From Cupriavidus necator (GTDB lineage Bacteria > Pseudomonadota > Gammaproteobacteria > Burkholderiales > Burkholderiaceae), in assembly GCF_016127575.1 (NCBI RefSeq), contig NZ_CP066018.1:3570001-3602000 (forward strand): a stretch of 32,000 bases of DNA. The letters run 5' to 3'. Of the stretch, positions 7,995 through 15,910 are shown piece after piece. A program made the translations under genes and the position numbers. Within the stretch, counting starts at the first letter, position 1, and every line of letters begins with the position of its first letter. A model generated the notes under the pieces. It saw only the letters and a program-made list of their open reading frames with translations. It was not told the origin of the DNA and ran no database searches.

Positions 7995-8606
7995 ATGAAG
8001 AGAGAACAGATCAGCCGCGGTGCCAATGCAACCATGCTCGCGCAGTGCATCGCCGACGCTGCCACGCAGGTACTTGCCGCGCGAGGCGACGGCGAGCAAG
8101 CTATGAAGGGTAGCGAGGCAGGCTGGCAGGCGCCGGTCGCGCAGTGCGAAGCGGCAGGCGAGCCGCCGCTTGGCGCACACTTGGTCACGCAGCGTCGCGG
8201 CTACAGCCACCACGGCATATATGTGGGCAACGGCCGCGTGCTGCACTATGCGGGCCTTTGCCGTGGGCTGCACACCGGGCCGGTGGAAGAGCTGAGCCTG
8301 GAACACTTCGGCGCCGGCCATGGCATCGAGGTAAGAACCGAGTCGCTGCCGCGTTTTACCAGCGACCAAGTGGTCAGGCGGGCACGCTCGCGCTTGGGCG
8401 AGAACCGCTATCGCCTGCTGAGCAACAACTGCGAACACTTCTGTACCTGGTGCCTGTATGGCGAAGCCCGCAGCGAGCAGGTCCGCCAATGCGCCATCCA
8501 CCCCATGCGCATACTCCGCGTGCTGAGCTCCCTGCTGTCAGTTTGGTGGAACAGCCGGCCAGCCCATGCGCTGCTTGCAGCCGGCTTCAATGATCGCTCT
8601 CCCTAG
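7995..8606 (+). CDS. LRAT / NlpC-P60 superfamily (lecithin retinol acyltransferase-like) protein with a bufA-derived 5' end
   Basis: 203-aa ORF. The catalytic-type motifs are YSHHGIYVGNGRVLHYAG and YRLLSNNCEHFCTWCLYGEARSEQV. The first ~30 codons are about 74% nt-identical (49/66 over the first 22 codons, counted by hand) to the signal-peptide codons of the DUF2282 gene at 15911. Confidence 0.75.
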   Translation: MKREQISRGANATMLAQCIADAATQVLAARGDGEQAMKGSEAGWQAPVAQCEAAGEPPLGAHLVTQRRGYSHHGIYVGNGRVLHYAGLCRGLHTGPVEELSLEHFGAGHGIEVRTESLPRFTSDQVVRRARSRLGENRYRLLSNNCEHFCTWCLYGEARSEQVRQCAIHPMRILRVLSSLLSVWWNSRPAHALLAAGFNDRSP

Positions 8607-8741
8607 AGCATGACCTTTCCGGTGGCCTATTCGACTAAGCCGTTGATTCATAAAAATGTAGGACCGTTGCGATACGCTGCCCCAATGTCGCCGACCCGCC
8701 GGTCGTTCATGGCGTCGTCGCGACTGACGCCCCGGGCCCAT

Positions 8742-8861
8742 TCAGGCCTTGTTGCCGAGGCTAAGATCGGCGTCCAAGTCACAGGCGGTTCGGCGCTGCG
8801 CCTGCTCGGCGACCACGAGCCGATCGGCGAGCGCCGCCGCCTCGGCTTGAGACCGCGCCAA
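8742..8861 (-). pseudogene. internally deleted KfrA-like remnant (41 codons)
   Basis: 8765-8865 aligns by eye to 2535-2625 joined directly to 3341-3356 of the larger kfrA-like gene. It translates as MARS|QAEAAALADRLVVAEQAQRRTACDLDA..., compared with MARSPTD... and ...EAQAAALADRLAAAEQSQRKAANDLDA in the large copy. Confidence 0.5.
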
Positions 8862-8872
8862 ACCGGGGCTGA

Positions 8873-9235
8873 TTAAGCGGCAAAGCGGTGGTCGTTTTCA
8901 TCGGCGATGGAGGGATACCATCGTTCAGAATGCGGGGCTGGTCATTGAGCACGGCCGTCCGGATCTGTAGCAGTGCGTGCGCGTGCTGCAGTCGCCAGGC
9001 CATCTGTTGCCGTTTGACGAATCGCTTGCTGATCACCTGGTTGACGGCCGATTCGACGAAACCCGATGCAACGTGCTCCCCGTGGCGGAAGCGGTCACCG
9101 CAGTTCACGATGAAGTGCCGGCTGTTATCCAGATAGACGATGAACTCCTCGAGCTTGCCGAGGAGCTTGGCCTCCTCGGGAATGGCCTCAGCGTCGAGAT
9201 CCCAGTAGCATCGATCTGGTGTCGTCTGCGCGCAG
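8873..9235 (-). mobile_element. transposase C-terminal fragment (family uncertain, possibly ISKra4-like), with an internal frameshift
   Basis: The minus strand reads CYWDLDAEAIPEEAKLLGKLEEFIVYLDNSRHFIVNCGDRFRHGEHVASGFVESAVNQVISKRFVKRQQMAWRLQHAHALLQIRTAVLNDQ. The frame then shifts to ERWYPSIADENDHRFAA-stop (TAA at 8873-8875). The pattern (ES-x-VN-x-x-ISKRF-x-K-x-QQM-x-W...LLQ-x-RT-x-x-LN) is transposase-like from memory. No N-terminal half is present. Confidence 0.45.
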
Positions 9236-9325
9236 CCTCAACAGGCATCAGTAGCAGCTACACTGGCCATGTGCGCGACGGCGTCGTCAAGCGCGCCTTA
9301 CTGTACCCGATGCACTGTGGCCTTC

Positions 9326-9362
9326 AAAAAAGAAACACCCCCGCAAGGGTATCCTCCGGGGG
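9326..9362 (-). terminator. rho-independent terminator downstream of the small secreted repeat protein
   Basis: The minus strand reads CCCCCG-gaggatacccttg-CGGGGG followed by TGTTTCTTTTTTG, about 64 nt after the stop at 9426. Confidence 0.6.
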
Positions 9363-9425
9363 CGGGCGACTCGCAAATGGACGCATAGAGGGCGCGCCCA
9401 TCACTTGGGGTACTTCTTCAAGCCC

Positions 9426-9653
9426 TTACTTTTGTGAGCCCTCTTCGACGTACCCATCGCGGTTGGTGATTCTCGCGCCATCCGTAAACACATCCCGTCT
9501 ATCGGTGGTTGCTCTGCCACCATTGGTATAGGGGTCTCGCGGCCCCATCACAGCGCCATCGGTATAGACATCGCGCATCCCGATGCCGGCATCAGCAACC
9601 CCGACACCGAGCGCGGCACTCGCCGCAACGAGCAATAAGACTTTCTTTAGCAT
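9426..9653 (-). CDS. small secreted protein (75 aa) with four R-D-x-(Y/F)-T-D/N-G type repeats
   Basis: A strong SD (AAGGAGGTGGAAA-ATG) precedes the ATG at 9653. The signal peptide is MLKKVLLLVAASAALGVGVADA. The repeats are MRDVYTDGA, PRDPYTNGG, RRDVFTDGA and NRDGYVEEG. A terminator follows. Confidence 0.7.
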   Translation of the reverse strand: MLKKVLLLVAASAALGVGVADAGIGMRDVYTDGAVMGPRDPYTNGGRATTDRRDVFTDGARITNRDGYVEEGSQK

Positions 9654-9741
9654 TTTCCACCTCCTTTTCAGGCGGTTACATGGTTCCATTCAATATGATT
9701 TGCGCACTGTAGCTTAAGCAGTTGAGTAGACGATTCGGGAT

Positions 9742-9813
9742 GACATTCCCGCGCAGGCGGGAATCCAGCGTCTTTTTAAAGTCACTGGGTTCCTGCCTTC
9801 GCGGGAACGACAG
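9742..9813. repeat. inverted pair of REP-like palindromic units
   Basis: Unit 1 (9742-9770) contains TTCCCGCGCAGGCGGGAATCCAG. The reverse complement of unit 2 (9783-9813) contains TTCCCGCGAAGGCAGGAACCCAG, giving 20/23 identity. Each unit is itself a hairpin (ATTCCCGC-gcag-GCGGGAAT). Confidence 0.6.
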
Positions 9814-9878
9814 TGGTTATCTGAACGGCATCGCCCCGGGTGGCGCAGTTGCTGTGGGCACTCGTCATTCTTGCCGGA

Positions 9879-10145
9879 TCAGCGTGCGGCGGCCTCTCTC
9901 TGGGCCGCCCGCAGGCTTTCATAGACGGCAAATCGCCGTTGATATTCCGCGCTGTTGACATCGGGGCCGCTATCGCCGTGCCAGTACTCGGCCAGGCCTG
10001 CGCGTGTCCAGGCTTCAAGGTCGGCACGCACTTCGGCGCGCGTCAGGGGAAGGGCCGCACCGCTGGCGTTGGCGGCATGTGCCGCGACAGCGAGCGTCGA
10101 GAAGAGCAGGGCAGCGGCGAGGGAAGAGATCGTGATGGGTTTCAT
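9879..10145 (-). CDS. DUF4148-like small periplasmic protein
   Basis: 88-aa ORF with signal peptide MKPITISSLAAALLFSTLAVAAHA. LTRAEVRADLEAWTRAGL is typical of Burkholderiales DUF4148 proteins. Confidence 0.7.
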   Translation of the reverse strand: MKPITISSLAAALLFSTLAVAAHAANASGAALPLTRAEVRADLEAWTRAGLAEYWHGDSGPDVNSAEYQRRFAVYESLRAAQREAAAR

Positions 10146-10664
10146 GTTGGTCCAGGTCCTGTTTCCTAGGCATTAAGAGGGGTTGAGCCGGGCCGGCGCA
10201 AGCGCACTTCGACATTTTCATGACGGTCCGCGACGGGTTTAAACTCGGACAGACTGATTGTCTGTCCTTGGTATGTAGTGTGCGCAACGGAACTCACGCC
10301 TTTATCCGTTAAAGATCAAATTTCCGTCACGGCGCACCATTGAGCGCCTATTTGTCCCCTCTATCGGCTATCCATGCAGAAGCGATGAAGCTAGCCGCGT
10401 CACGCTCTGATGGTTAAAGCCACCCCATCGAGCAACTGGTCAAGCAGCAAACCGGTTACGCTGTCATGCGACGTAAGAGCGGGACGGTGGCAAGGACGGA
10501 TTCGAGATTCCTTATGTGGGCATTGCCATGCTCGATCGCGTGCGTGGAAACGCTACATCGGGGGGGTGTCTGATCTGCTGGCGCCGCGCATCGGACCATG
10601 ACGCGTCAGGCGGCGACACATGGCGTGGCCGACAAGCGGCGTTCCCGCGCCGCCCGTCGCTGCG

Positions 10665-11930
10665 TTATCCGGCACCGGGCGCTGCCTGTGCCCGGGTCAG
10701 GTGTTCAAGGACGGCTTTGCGCTCTATCTCGGCGGCGGCACGCGCGGTAAAGATGCGGTACACGTAGTCCATCAGGACTTCTTCCTCCTTCATCTTTCGA
10801 ATGTTGAGGAAGGCCATGTGCCCGATCACCTTGCCCTGACTGTCCTGGATGGGCAAGCCGTAATAGGATTCGAAGCCCTGCTCTCGCGGAAACAACTTGC
10901 CAATCCCCTCCGGGTAGAACACCGGCAAGCCATGGTCGAAAACCGCCTCGCAAGGCGTGCCGGCCAGGTCGTACTCGACGTTGTCGCGAAAGTCATCCTT
11001 GAACCAGAAGGCCAGCGTGTGGACACGCCGTGGCGGCCACCTGGTACATTCCGTAACGAAGGCGCAGGGGACGTCCAGTGCGCCAGCGAAGTGGCGGACC
11101 AGTGCGCGGAAAAATTCGTCGCCACAGGTGCCGGAGGTGCCCTCGACGATGTGCTTGAGAATCTCTTCGACGCGCCTGATACGGGTCACATCGGTATCCA
11201 GGCCGACCAGCCGCAATGCCTTGCCGTTGGCATGGCGAATGGCGCTGCCCAGCGAATTGACCCACCGGTAGTACCCGTCCTTGTGCAGCAAGCGGCACTG
11301 CTGCTGATAGCGCGGGCTGGCACCCTCGAGGTGGCGTGCCATCGCCTGCTCGACCGCGAGCAGGTCGGCGGGATGTACCCGTTCTTTCCAGGCCTGCAGG
11401 CTATCCGGCAGTTCGTCTTCTTCAAAGCCGAGCATGGCCTTCCAGCGTTGCGACAGGTGGAATTCGTTGGTCTGGAAATTCCATTCCCACTGGCCGTCAT
11501 CGGCGCTGCGCATGGCCAGGGTATAGCGTTCTTCGCTGGAACGCAGCGCGATTTCCTGCTGTCGGCGCTGTTCCATCGACAACGCCAATGTGCTTTGCGA
11601 CGACTCGACGCACGCGCGCAAGTCCGTGACGACCTGGCGAATCTGCTCGAATTCATCAGGGGGCTTGCCGCGGCCGGCGCCATCGTTGCGTGATACCTGG
11701 GATGCGGCGCAACTGCGCAGCAGCGCGCTAAGCGGACGTCCCCAGAAGGCGTGAATAGCAAGGGCGAGCACGCCAAGCAGCAACGCCAGCCCGGCCGCCG
11801 CCACCAGTGCGATGCCCGTGCGCGTGCCGGGCGGGCCCGCGCCGGGCACCCAGCCGAGCAGGAGGTAGGCAATCAGCAGCAGGCTGATCAATGCCGGCGG
11901 CAGCAGCAGCTTTGCTCTCAGGCCCATCAT
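10665..11930 (-). CDS. membrane-anchored PAS-GAF sensor protein without a recognisable output domain
   Basis: 421-aa ORF with two N-terminal hydrophobic segments. A PAS-like block follows (ERYTLAMRSADDGQWEWNFQTNEFHLSQRWKAMLGF...VHPADL...YRWVNSLGSAIRHANGKALRLVGLDTDVT), then a GAF-like block (FFRALVRHFAGALDVPCAFVTEC...YYGLPIQDSQGKVIGHMAFLN). The stop comes right after the GAF linker helix. Confidence 0.7.
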   Translation of the reverse strand: MMGLRAKLLLPPALISLLLIAYLLLGWVPGAGPPGTRTGIALVAAAGLALLLGVLALAIHAFWGRPLSALLRSCAASQVSRNDGAGRGKPPDEFEQIRQVVTDLRACVESSQSTLALSMEQRRQQEIALRSSEERYTLAMRSADDGQWEWNFQTNEFHLSQRWKAMLGFEEDELPDSLQAWKERVHPADLLAVEQAMARHLEGASPRYQQQCRLLHKDGYYRWVNSLGSAIRHANGKALRLVGLDTDVTRIRRVEEILKHIVEGTSGTCGDEFFRALVRHFAGALDVPCAFVTECTRWPPRRVHTLAFWFKDDFRDNVEYDLAGTPCEAVFDHGLPVFYPEGIGKLFPREQGFESYYGLPIQDSQGKVIGHMAFLNIRKMKEEEVLMDYVYRIFTARAAAEIERKAVLEHLTRAQAAPGAG

Positions 11931-12228
11931 GATTCTCTTTCTGTTCCGCCCCCGTCGCTACAGACGCGCATCACAACAGGTGCCTTTTGCTTTACAGCTT
12001 GCGCGGTTCTGTGGAGGCATGCCACGTCCGCACCACCCTCGCGTGACACGCCGGCGCGAGCCCTTCCTAACATAGCCCACGATCCCGTCACCAACCAGTA
12101 CCGCGGAATCACGCCCGCACCCTGCCCATAGCGCTGATCGGAGGACTTAATTGAAGGCCGCGTGAGAGTTTCGTGATCTTTGTCGGCCAGAGTGGGGCTG
12201 AAGGAAACCGCCACCGACAGGACTTCCG

Positions 12229-13089
12229 ATGCTATCCACCAGCCTCCACCCCAATATGGGAGCCGCCATCCCGCCCCGGGCCGGGATCGGCTTGCGCGCC
12301 CCACACTATCGCCAGGTCCTGGCGGAAACGCCCGCGACAGGGTGGTTCGAAGTCCATAGTGAAAACTACTTCGGTGATGGAGGTCAGCCCCTGCACTACC
12401 TTGCACAGGTGCGGGCCGCCCACCCGCTGAGCCTGCACGGCGTCGGCCTGTGCCTGGGCGCTACGGACCGGCCGGATCGCGCGCACCTGCAGCGGCTGGC
12501 TGCCCTGCTCCGGCGCTTCCAGCCAGGGCTGGTATCCGAACATCTGAGCTGGGGCCGCATTGGAGACCGCTACCTCAACGACCTGCTGCCGCTGCCCTAC
12601 ACGGAGGAATCGCTCGCCGTCGTGTGCGAACACGTGCAGGAAGTACAGGACTACCTGCAACAGCAGTTGTTGGTGGAGAACATCACCAGCTATCTCCGGT
12701 TCAGCCACTCGACGATTGCCGAGCCCGAGTTCATCGCCGCGCTGGTGGCGCGAACCGGTTGCGGCATCCTCCTTGACGTCAATAACATCTACGTCAACGC
12801 GGTCAACCACGACACCGATGCATCGGGCTATATCGATGCGATCCCCGTGGGCGCGGTGAAGGAGATCCACCTGGCTGGCTTTGACCACAGCGGCGGCATG
12901 CTGATCGACACCCACGGCCAGCGCGTGGCAGAGCCGGTATGGAGACTCTATCGGCATGCGCTCGCCCGCTTTGGCCCGGTTCCGACCCTGATCGAGTGGG
13001 ATACCGACATTCCCCCGCTCGAGGTACTGCTCGACGAAGCCCGCAGGGCAGACCAGATGCTGGAGACCGACGATGCCTTCATTGCATGA
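12229..13089 (+). CDS. bufB: MNIO / DUF692 family enzyme (bufferin-type RiPP maturase, BufB/GigA-like)
   Basis: 286-aa ORF with motifs AGIGLRAPHY, WFEVHSENYF, LSLHGVGL, LVSEHLSW, VENITSY and EIHLAGF, which are characteristic of the TIM-barrel DUF692 family. An alternative start is ATG 12256. Confidence 0.8.
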   Translation: MLSTSLHPNMGAAIPPRAGIGLRAPHYRQVLAETPATGWFEVHSENYFGDGGQPLHYLAQVRAAHPLSLHGVGLCLGATDRPDRAHLQRLAALLRRFQPGLVSEHLSWGRIGDRYLNDLLPLPYTEESLAVVCEHVQEVQDYLQQQLLVENITSYLRFSHSTIAEPEFIAALVARTGCGILLDVNNIYVNAVNHDTDASGYIDAIPVGAVKEIHLAGFDHSGGMLIDTHGQRVAEPVWRLYRHALARFGPVPTLIEWDTDIPPLEVLLDEARRADQMLETDDAFIA

Positions 13090-13879
13090 GATCCAGTGTC
13101 GTTTTGCCCGGGCGGTGCTCGAGCAGGACCCGGCTGCACTGTTCGACCACATCGTCGGCGGCGCCATGGACGCGCAGCGGAGCCTCGGCATTTACGCCGG
13201 CAACGTGCGCCACAACTTGTGCGAGGCGCTGCGCGCCGTATTCCCCGTGATCGAGCGCCTGGTGGGCGAGCCGTTCTTCGATGCCACGGCGGGCCGGTAT
13301 ATCCGGGCCTGCCCATCCACCAGCGGCGACATCCAGCGCTTCGGCAAGAGCTTTCCGGACTTCCTCGCGCAATTCGGACCGGCTGCGGGCGTGCGCTACC
13401 TGCCCGATGTGGCAAGGCTCGAATGGCTGACGCATGAGGTTTTCCATGCGGCAGACGCCGAGCCGCTCGCGCTGAAGCGCCTGGGCGCGCTCGCCGAGGC
13501 TGATGCCGCATGCCTGCGCCTGAAGCTGAACCCGGCCTGCCGCTTACTCGCGTCCCCATTTCCGGTGCTGCATATCTGGCAGGCGAACCAGCCAGATCAT
13601 GCGGACGCTATCGAGATCGACGCCGACAGCGGCGGCGACTGGCTGCTGGTCAGGCGCAGCGGCTTTGTGGTCGAAGTGCAGTCCCTGAATGTCGGCGAAT
13701 ACGCCATGCTCGACGCACTGGATGGCGGTGCCGCGCTCGAGCCGGCGTATCAGCGGGCGCTGCAGGCTGCGCCCGGCTTCGCACTGGCCGACTTTATCCA
13801 GCGACGCATCCTAGACGCGACGATCATTGATTTCGACGCCTGCGCTGCTGGCCTTATCCCCGCGCCAGGTCGATCGTAA
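13073..13879 (+). CDS. bufC: DUF2063 family partner protein of MNIO enzymes (BufC/GigB-like)
   Basis: 268-aa ORF overlapping bufB by 17 nt. The N-terminus LHEIQCRFARAVLE...LGIYAGNVRHNLCEALRAVFPVIERLVGEPFF...YIRACPSTSGDIQRFG is typical of DUF2063. The DUF692-DUF2063 pairing is canonical. Confidence 0.75.
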   Translation: MPSLHEIQCRFARAVLEQDPAALFDHIVGGAMDAQRSLGIYAGNVRHNLCEALRAVFPVIERLVGEPFFDATAGRYIRACPSTSGDIQRFGKSFPDFLAQFGPAAGVRYLPDVARLEWLTHEVFHAADAEPLALKRLGALAEADAACLRLKLNPACRLLASPFPVLHIWQANQPDHADAIEIDADSGGDWLLVRRSGFVVEVQSLNVGEYAMLDALDGGAALEPAYQRALQAAPGFALADFIQRRILDATIIDFDACAAGLIPAPGRS

Positions 13880-14906
13880 AGGCAGTGCCCTTGCCGAGCG
13901 CGCTGCGCACACGGATCTCGCCGCCGTGCAACTGCACGATGCGCCGGCTGATGGCCAGCCCGAGACCGACGTTGCTGCCATTGTCAGACTCCGTACGCTC
14001 CACTCGGTAGTAACGGTCGAACACACCCTGCACCTGGCTCGTGTCTATGCCCTGGCCGGTATCGCGCACGGTCAGTTCGACGCGCTCCCCGGCGGCCTGG
14101 ACGTCGACGCTGATTTCTCCGCCGGCAGGCGTATAGCGCATGGCGTTCTCGATCAGGTTCTCCAGCACCCGCTCGATCATGCCGATATCGGCGCTCACCG
14201 GCGGACAACCGGGACCTGACGTCGCCAGCAGGGCCAGCCCGCGCTTGTTTGCCGCCAGGGCGAACTTCTGGACCACGTCCTGCGCCAGTTCCGACAACGG
14301 GAAGCTCTCCAGCCGCGGCTGGACCTCCCGCGCTTCGAGCTTGGTCAGGTCAAACAGGTCCTGCACCAGCTTGCCGAGCCGTTCGCAATGCCTGGTCGCC
14401 ACCTGCAGGTAGCGATTGCGGTCCTCGGGCGTCATCTCTTCGGCTTTCAGCAGCAGCATTTCCAGGTAACCCTGCATCGATGCGAGCGGCGTACGCAGGT
14501 CGTGGGAGACATTGGCAAGCAGCTCGCGCCGTTGCTGGTCCACCTGTGACAGCTGGGCGAGCTGCGTGACAATCCGCTCGGACATCTCCTCGAACGCCGT
14601 GCTGAGCTTCTGGATCTCGTCGTCCGCACGGCCGTCTCGCGCCAGTCGCACCGGCGTGGAAAAACCGCCAGCCCGGAATGCCTCGATGGCCTCCGACAGC
14701 ACGCGCAGCCGTACCGTCAACAGCCGAAACACGATCAGCGCCGCCACCAGGCTGAAGGCCACCGTACCGATAATGAGGTCGGTCGCCAGTTCGATCAGGC
14801 GCTGCGTCTCGATCATCTTCTGGGAGGCCAGGATCATCAGCGCGCCGATGGTAATGAACACCGCCATCAGCACCACCGCCAGCCTGCCGTAAAGGGTGCG
14901 GATCAT
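13854..14906 (-). CDS. sensor histidine kinase (two TM helices, very short external loop, HAMP-HisKA-HATPase)
   Basis: 350-aa ORF. The H-box is LLANVSHDLRTPLASMQGYLE, the N-box VLENLIENAMRYT, the G-boxes DTGQGI and GLGLAI. About 15 aa (SQKMIETQRLIELATD) lie between the two hydrophobic helices. Its 3' end overlaps the bufC 3' end by 26 nt, convergently. Confidence 0.85.
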   Translation of the reverse strand: MIRTLYGRLAVVLMAVFITIGALMILASQKMIETQRLIELATDLIIGTVAFSLVAALIVFRLLTVRLRVLSEAIEAFRAGGFSTPVRLARDGRADDEIQKLSTAFEEMSERIVTQLAQLSQVDQQRRELLANVSHDLRTPLASMQGYLEMLLLKAEEMTPEDRNRYLQVATRHCERLGKLVQDLFDLTKLEAREVQPRLESFPLSELAQDVVQKFALAANKRGLALLATSGPGCPPVSADIGMIERVLENLIENAMRYTPAGGEISVDVQAAGERVELTVRDTGQGIDTSQVQGVFDRYYRVERTESDNGSNVGLGLAISRRIVQLHGGEIRVRSALGKGTAFTIDLARG

Positions 14907-14939
14907 GGAATCCCCTTTCCCTTCCCCTATTGCGCCCTA

Positions 14940-15638
14940 TTACGTATTGCAGAACTTGTAGCCCACGCCCCAGACGGTCTGGATGTACTCCGGCTCGTTG
15001 GGGTCGAGTTCGATCTTGGCGCGCAGCCGGTTGATATGCGAACTTACCGTGTGCTCGTAGCCACTGTGGCTATAGCCCCAGACCTGGTCCAGCAACTGGG
15101 CGCGGCTGAAGACGCGCCCCGGATTGCTGGCAAAGTAGAGCAGCAGCTGGAATTCCTTGGCGGTGAGGCAGATCGGCGTGCCGCGCACGCTCACTTCACG
15201 CTTGTCGATATCGATGTGCAGGGCCTTGACCTGCACCGTCCTGGGACCATCGGATGGCGGGTTGGCCAGGGTGTCGACCAGCCGGAAGATCGCCTTGACC
15301 CGCGCGGTCAGCTCAAGGACGCTGAACGGCTTGGTCAGGTAGTCGTCGGCGCCCATCTCCAGTCCCAGCACCCGGTCCAGTTCAGTCGAGCGCGCCGTGA
15401 GCATGAGGATGGGGGTATAGCGCGGTTCCGCGCGCAGGCGCCGACAGATTTCCAGCCCGTCGGCGCCCGGCAGCATCAGGTCCAGGATGACCAGGTCATA
15501 GGGACGACTCAGCGCCTCTTCCAGTCCCGCCCTGCCGTGGTTGATCACCTTCACGTCGCAAGACAGCCCGCTCACCTGCAGCCGTACCAGTTCGGCGATA
15601 TCTGCGTCGTCCTCGATCACCAGAACCTGGCGCGACAT
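14940..15638 (-). CDS. OmpR/PhoB-family response regulator
   Basis: 232-aa ORF. The receiver reads VLVIEDD...DLVILDLMLPGADG...MLTA...KP. The winged-helix C-terminus reads LTAKEFQLLLYFASNPGRVFSRAQLLDQVWG...HINRLRAKIE...IQTVWGVGYKF. Confidence 0.9.
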   Translation of the reverse strand: MSRQVLVIEDDADIAELVRLQVSGLSCDVKVINHGRAGLEEALSRPYDLVILDLMLPGADGLEICRRLRAEPRYTPILMLTARSTELDRVLGLEMGADDYLTKPFSVLELTARVKAIFRLVDTLANPPSDGPRTVQVKALHIDIDKREVSVRGTPICLTAKEFQLLLYFASNPGRVFSRAQLLDQVWGYSHSGYEHTVSSHINRLRAKIELDPNEPEYIQTVWGVGYKFCNT

Positions 15639-15797
15639 GGCTTTACCTCATCTTGAAACCTGCGGGATACCGGCATGACCTTCCTTGCCGCCTGGATTGC
15701 GGCGTGGGAGCCACTGAACCATTCTAGAACGCATTTCAAGGATGGAAAGCCCTCCGCCGGCGTGGCCAAGATTGGGGCCCGCCAGCACCCAGGCGCC

Positions 15798-15910
15798 GTG
15801 AAGAAAATTTGAAAATTGAGCGAAACAAGCGTGAGTTCGGCTTTCCATACTGCAGTCCAGAGACAGGGATTTCTCCTGTCCTGAACCCAAGCAAATACGG
15901 AGTGCGCATC
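15798..15910 (+). promoter_or_regulatory. conserved promoter/5'-leader block, copy B (paralog of 7883..7994)
   Basis: It lies in the 272-nt divergent intergenic region between the response regulator and the DUF2282 gene. It shares GTGAAGAAAATTTGA, CAAGCGTGAG, CATACTGCAG and CAGAGACAG with copy A. It also contains a tandem GAAAATT-t-GAAAATT. Confidence 0.55.

Noticed and set aside
10390-10664. Possible GGDEF-domain relic (SHDSVTGLLLDQLLDG) downstream of the PAS-GAF gene
   Set aside because: Only one short motif-like stretch is present. The surrounding frames are full of stops. It is mentioned in a finding as a hint but cannot be supported as a feature.
11931-12228. Search for a hidden precursor peptide gene immediately upstream of bufB
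   Set aside because: I translated all three plus-strand frames. None gave an ORF with a signal peptide or a C-x10-C-x6-C type pattern, and the only short ORFs (e.g. MPRPHHPRVTRRREPFLT) look random.
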